NCBI RefSeq assembly: GCF_009914755.1 | Contig: NC_060935.1 | Reading direction: 5' to 3' (one strand) | DNA length: 64,000 nt | DNA from: the human T2T-CHM13v2.0 reference genome, Homo sapiens | In this document: positions 60,282 through 64,000 of the stretch, piece after piece | Layout of the letters: each line of letters starts with the position of its first letter | Position numbering within the stretch: position 1 is the stretch's first letter | Notes under the pieces: generated by a model | Databases searched by the model: none | The model's input: only the letters and a program-made list of their open reading frames with translations | Told to the model about the DNA's origin: nothing | Program-made: the position numbers and the translations under genes

Positions 60282-61676
60282 TGATTCTGAAGAATGATTC
60301 TTATTGATGCTATATGTCTATTTTGGATCAGGTCTCCAGGAGTTCATTTTCAAAGGACACATTTTAAGGCAGTTTTTCTCTATAAATAGACCCATATCTG
60401 CTATTTCAAAATTGCTCAAGAGCCACCATTCAAGGTCCATTATAAAGGAAGAGGCAAAATAACTGAAAAAAAAAAAAAAGAATTCTGACTCTATATATCT
60501 TTCTCAGTATCCTTGTCTTAATTCTCCCTTGATGGGTCTAGTTGAATCCTAAGAAAAATAATCACTTTACTGAAGACACAGATAATTTTTGTTTCATGTG
60601 TATGGTTCTTATAAAGTATTGATTTTGGAAGTTATTGTGAGAAAAACAGAAACATCAGCTTCTCCTAAATAAATCTAAATTTTAGCGCTTTTCTTTTCTA
60701 CTGCTATCTCTTAGAATTTGGAATATTTTCTTGTTAAAATATTAAAATTTCTACTTCAAGCCACAGGGGAAAGTGAAAGGGGTCACAGGTTAAGTGAGAA
60801 ATTGAGTTAAGTAGAGCAGCACAGAGCACAGTCGCTTCTGCTCTTTTTCCTGGCAAGTTAGCAGTAAGATCGGAAACTCAAATCAAGGCATCAGCCTCTT
60901 CTCTGAGTGTTCTCTCCAGGGTTCAAGCTCGTTTGAATCTGTTGTACATAGACATCATGGCTGACGTCAAGCAAAAGACCACATTATTCAGTCAGCGCTG
61001 GAATGATCACTGAGATGAGACTTTCATTATATACTATCTTCAAATTTGGAGTTCTCTCCCATTTTTACTTTTCTCTGCTATCAACAGTGAGAAAATCATA
61101 GCAGATAAATTGCTTTTAAAAGCACCTAAAAACTCACCATTTTCCTCAATGGGAAAAAAAATCAAGTTCACATTACAGGTTTTGTAGGAATACAGCTACA
61201 TTTCACTAAAATGGGGGAGTTATCTGTGTCTTTAAAATAATTTGTGATACTCTTCCAGTATTGCTGAAAATGTCATGATTTGGCTGGATCAGCTCATGCT
61301 ACTGGGAGATCATCAGCTCAGGAAAACATACTTTTCTACATTTTTGTGCTTCATGATCCTCTATTGCAGGGTGAAGATAATTTAATATTTTGTTATCTTT
61401 AGAATTCATTAAATGACAGATCATGATCATGCATTTTAAATAAAGGAGAGGGAAAATGTGTATTGTTTCTGCCACTATTTGCTAATTACATTATTTTCAA
61501 AATTAATATAGCCATTGAATTAATGAGAGGGCAACACAATTCTGTTGGAAATCATCCCTGCCCTTGACATGAGCTTACTTTCTTTAAACCTGATTGTAAA
61601 ACAGATGAGTTCTAATGGCTTATAGCATGGCAGATAGTGTTTGGAGATGAGCATAAGTTTCTTCAGTCTTATTTGG

Positions 61677-62355
<679 letters not shown>

Positions 62356-62623
62356 TGTGGGTTTGAATTTCAAATTCTGTGTAACCCCAAGACAAGAATG
62401 CTGTCTCTCTGACTGTGGTAACAATAGCTTCCTAGGCTTTTCCAGTGGTTAGTTTAATACAAAATGTGTAACAGAAAGTCTAGCACAAATCCATAGTTAC
62501 TTAATATTGGCCTACTATCGCCAGAATGGGGAGCATTCTATAGGCTCCCAGAATGATGTGACTAGATGTTCACTTGTCCTAGGGAGTACGAAGTTCAAGG
62601 AAAAAAATAAGAAGATGCACTAA

Positions 62624-62929
<306 letters not shown>

Positions 62930-63149
62930 TGACTCTATCCACAGAGAGTATTGTTCACAGATGAATCCTGTCATTTGATAAACTTCTCAGTTTATTTTTG
63001 AGCAAGAAGTTACATTATGCCTATGGTTTAGCAGTAAAATATGAAATATAAAATGACATAAGTTCTTTATTCCTGAAAATTTCCTGCAAAGGAAGACTGA
63101 TTACTTTCTGTAGAAATGGTTCCACTATGGGTAGTAGAGTTAGAACAGA

Positions 63150-63330
63150 TCCATGGCTTCCAAATTGTGGAGAATGGAAGATATAACAACTCCCAACCCT
63201 AACCCAGATATAAAGAACTCAGAATTTTCTAAGAATGAGACCCAGAAATCTGTGTTTTTTAACACAGTTCACAGATGAATCTAATGCAGCTAGCCTGGCA
63301 CTGGTCTGTGATCAGGTTTGGAACTATTGG
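63150..63330. mobile_element. MER5-like hAT MITE
   Basis: cccagaaatctgtgttttttaaca...gatgaatctaatgcagc...aggtttggaactattg. Confidence 0.55.
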
Positions 63331-63462
63331 GCTAAATATATCTTAACCCTTCCAACCAAAACCTTTAGATTCTAATTTTATAGTTTAGGGTTTCCTTTAG
63401 GTGTTGCAAAATTCCATCTTTGATCATTCAATTCTGTTTTCTCCCCTCTTGCTTCTGACTAG

Positions 63463-63567
<105 letters not shown>

Positions 63568-64000
63568 TGACTTACAAGCTTTTTATTTGATTTAAGTAAC
63601 CATGAGATATTTCCTCTAGAAGAAGATGGAATTTTTTGATTACCATGGTGCCTTTGTTAGAAAATGTTTAAGCCAAAAGAAAGCTTTATTTTTAATCAAC
63701 AGTGAAGGTTGCATTAAAGTAATATAAACTCTTATTTTTATTTATTTATTTATTTTGGTTCCATGGCTAGCAAGGTTTTTAAAAAATTTTATTTGACAAA
63801 TAATAATTATCTATATTTATGAGGTACAATATAATGTTTTGAACACAATCTTTTAAATATGCATTTTTGTTACTTTTCTTTCCTGTGAAGATTTCACTGG
63901 GACATCTAAATGCTATATCCTCTGCAGTTTATTCTACATGCTGTGTATTATTTCTGAATATTACTAAAAGGTGAACTTTGTAAAAATATCGATGTGTCAT

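Noticed and set aside
60962-60969. Palindromic CRE TGACGTCA in intron 15
   Set aside because: It is a single 8-mer with no supporting promoter or CpG-island context, compatible with chance.

Overview
This is AT-rich primate genomic DNA, almost certainly human, lying entirely inside the ANO5 gene (anoctamin-5/TMEM16E/GDD1) on the + strand. I located 16 consecutive coding exons (exons 2-17, c.41-c.1898, 1858 nt), each with canonical AG/GT boundaries. Spliced together they give one uninterrupted frame that matches the human ANO5 protein as I recall it (G14 to about P633). The introns are mostly ordinary transposon remains: L1, Alu, L2/MIR, MaLR and ERV LTRs, Charlie1, MER2, Tigger4, MER58B and a near-full-length Hsmar2 mariner. 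I found no convincing new multi-gene system. The best leads are at the RNA-processing level around exons 3-5: six frame-symmetric exons in a row, an MBNL/QKI-type motif cluster after the 42-nt exon 4, an antisense AluJ with both splice sites of a poison exon, and an L1-derived candidate terminal exon. A 197-codon antisense ORF in intron 7 is also noted. Repeat subfamily calls, repeat boundaries and disease-variant names come from memory, not from database searches.
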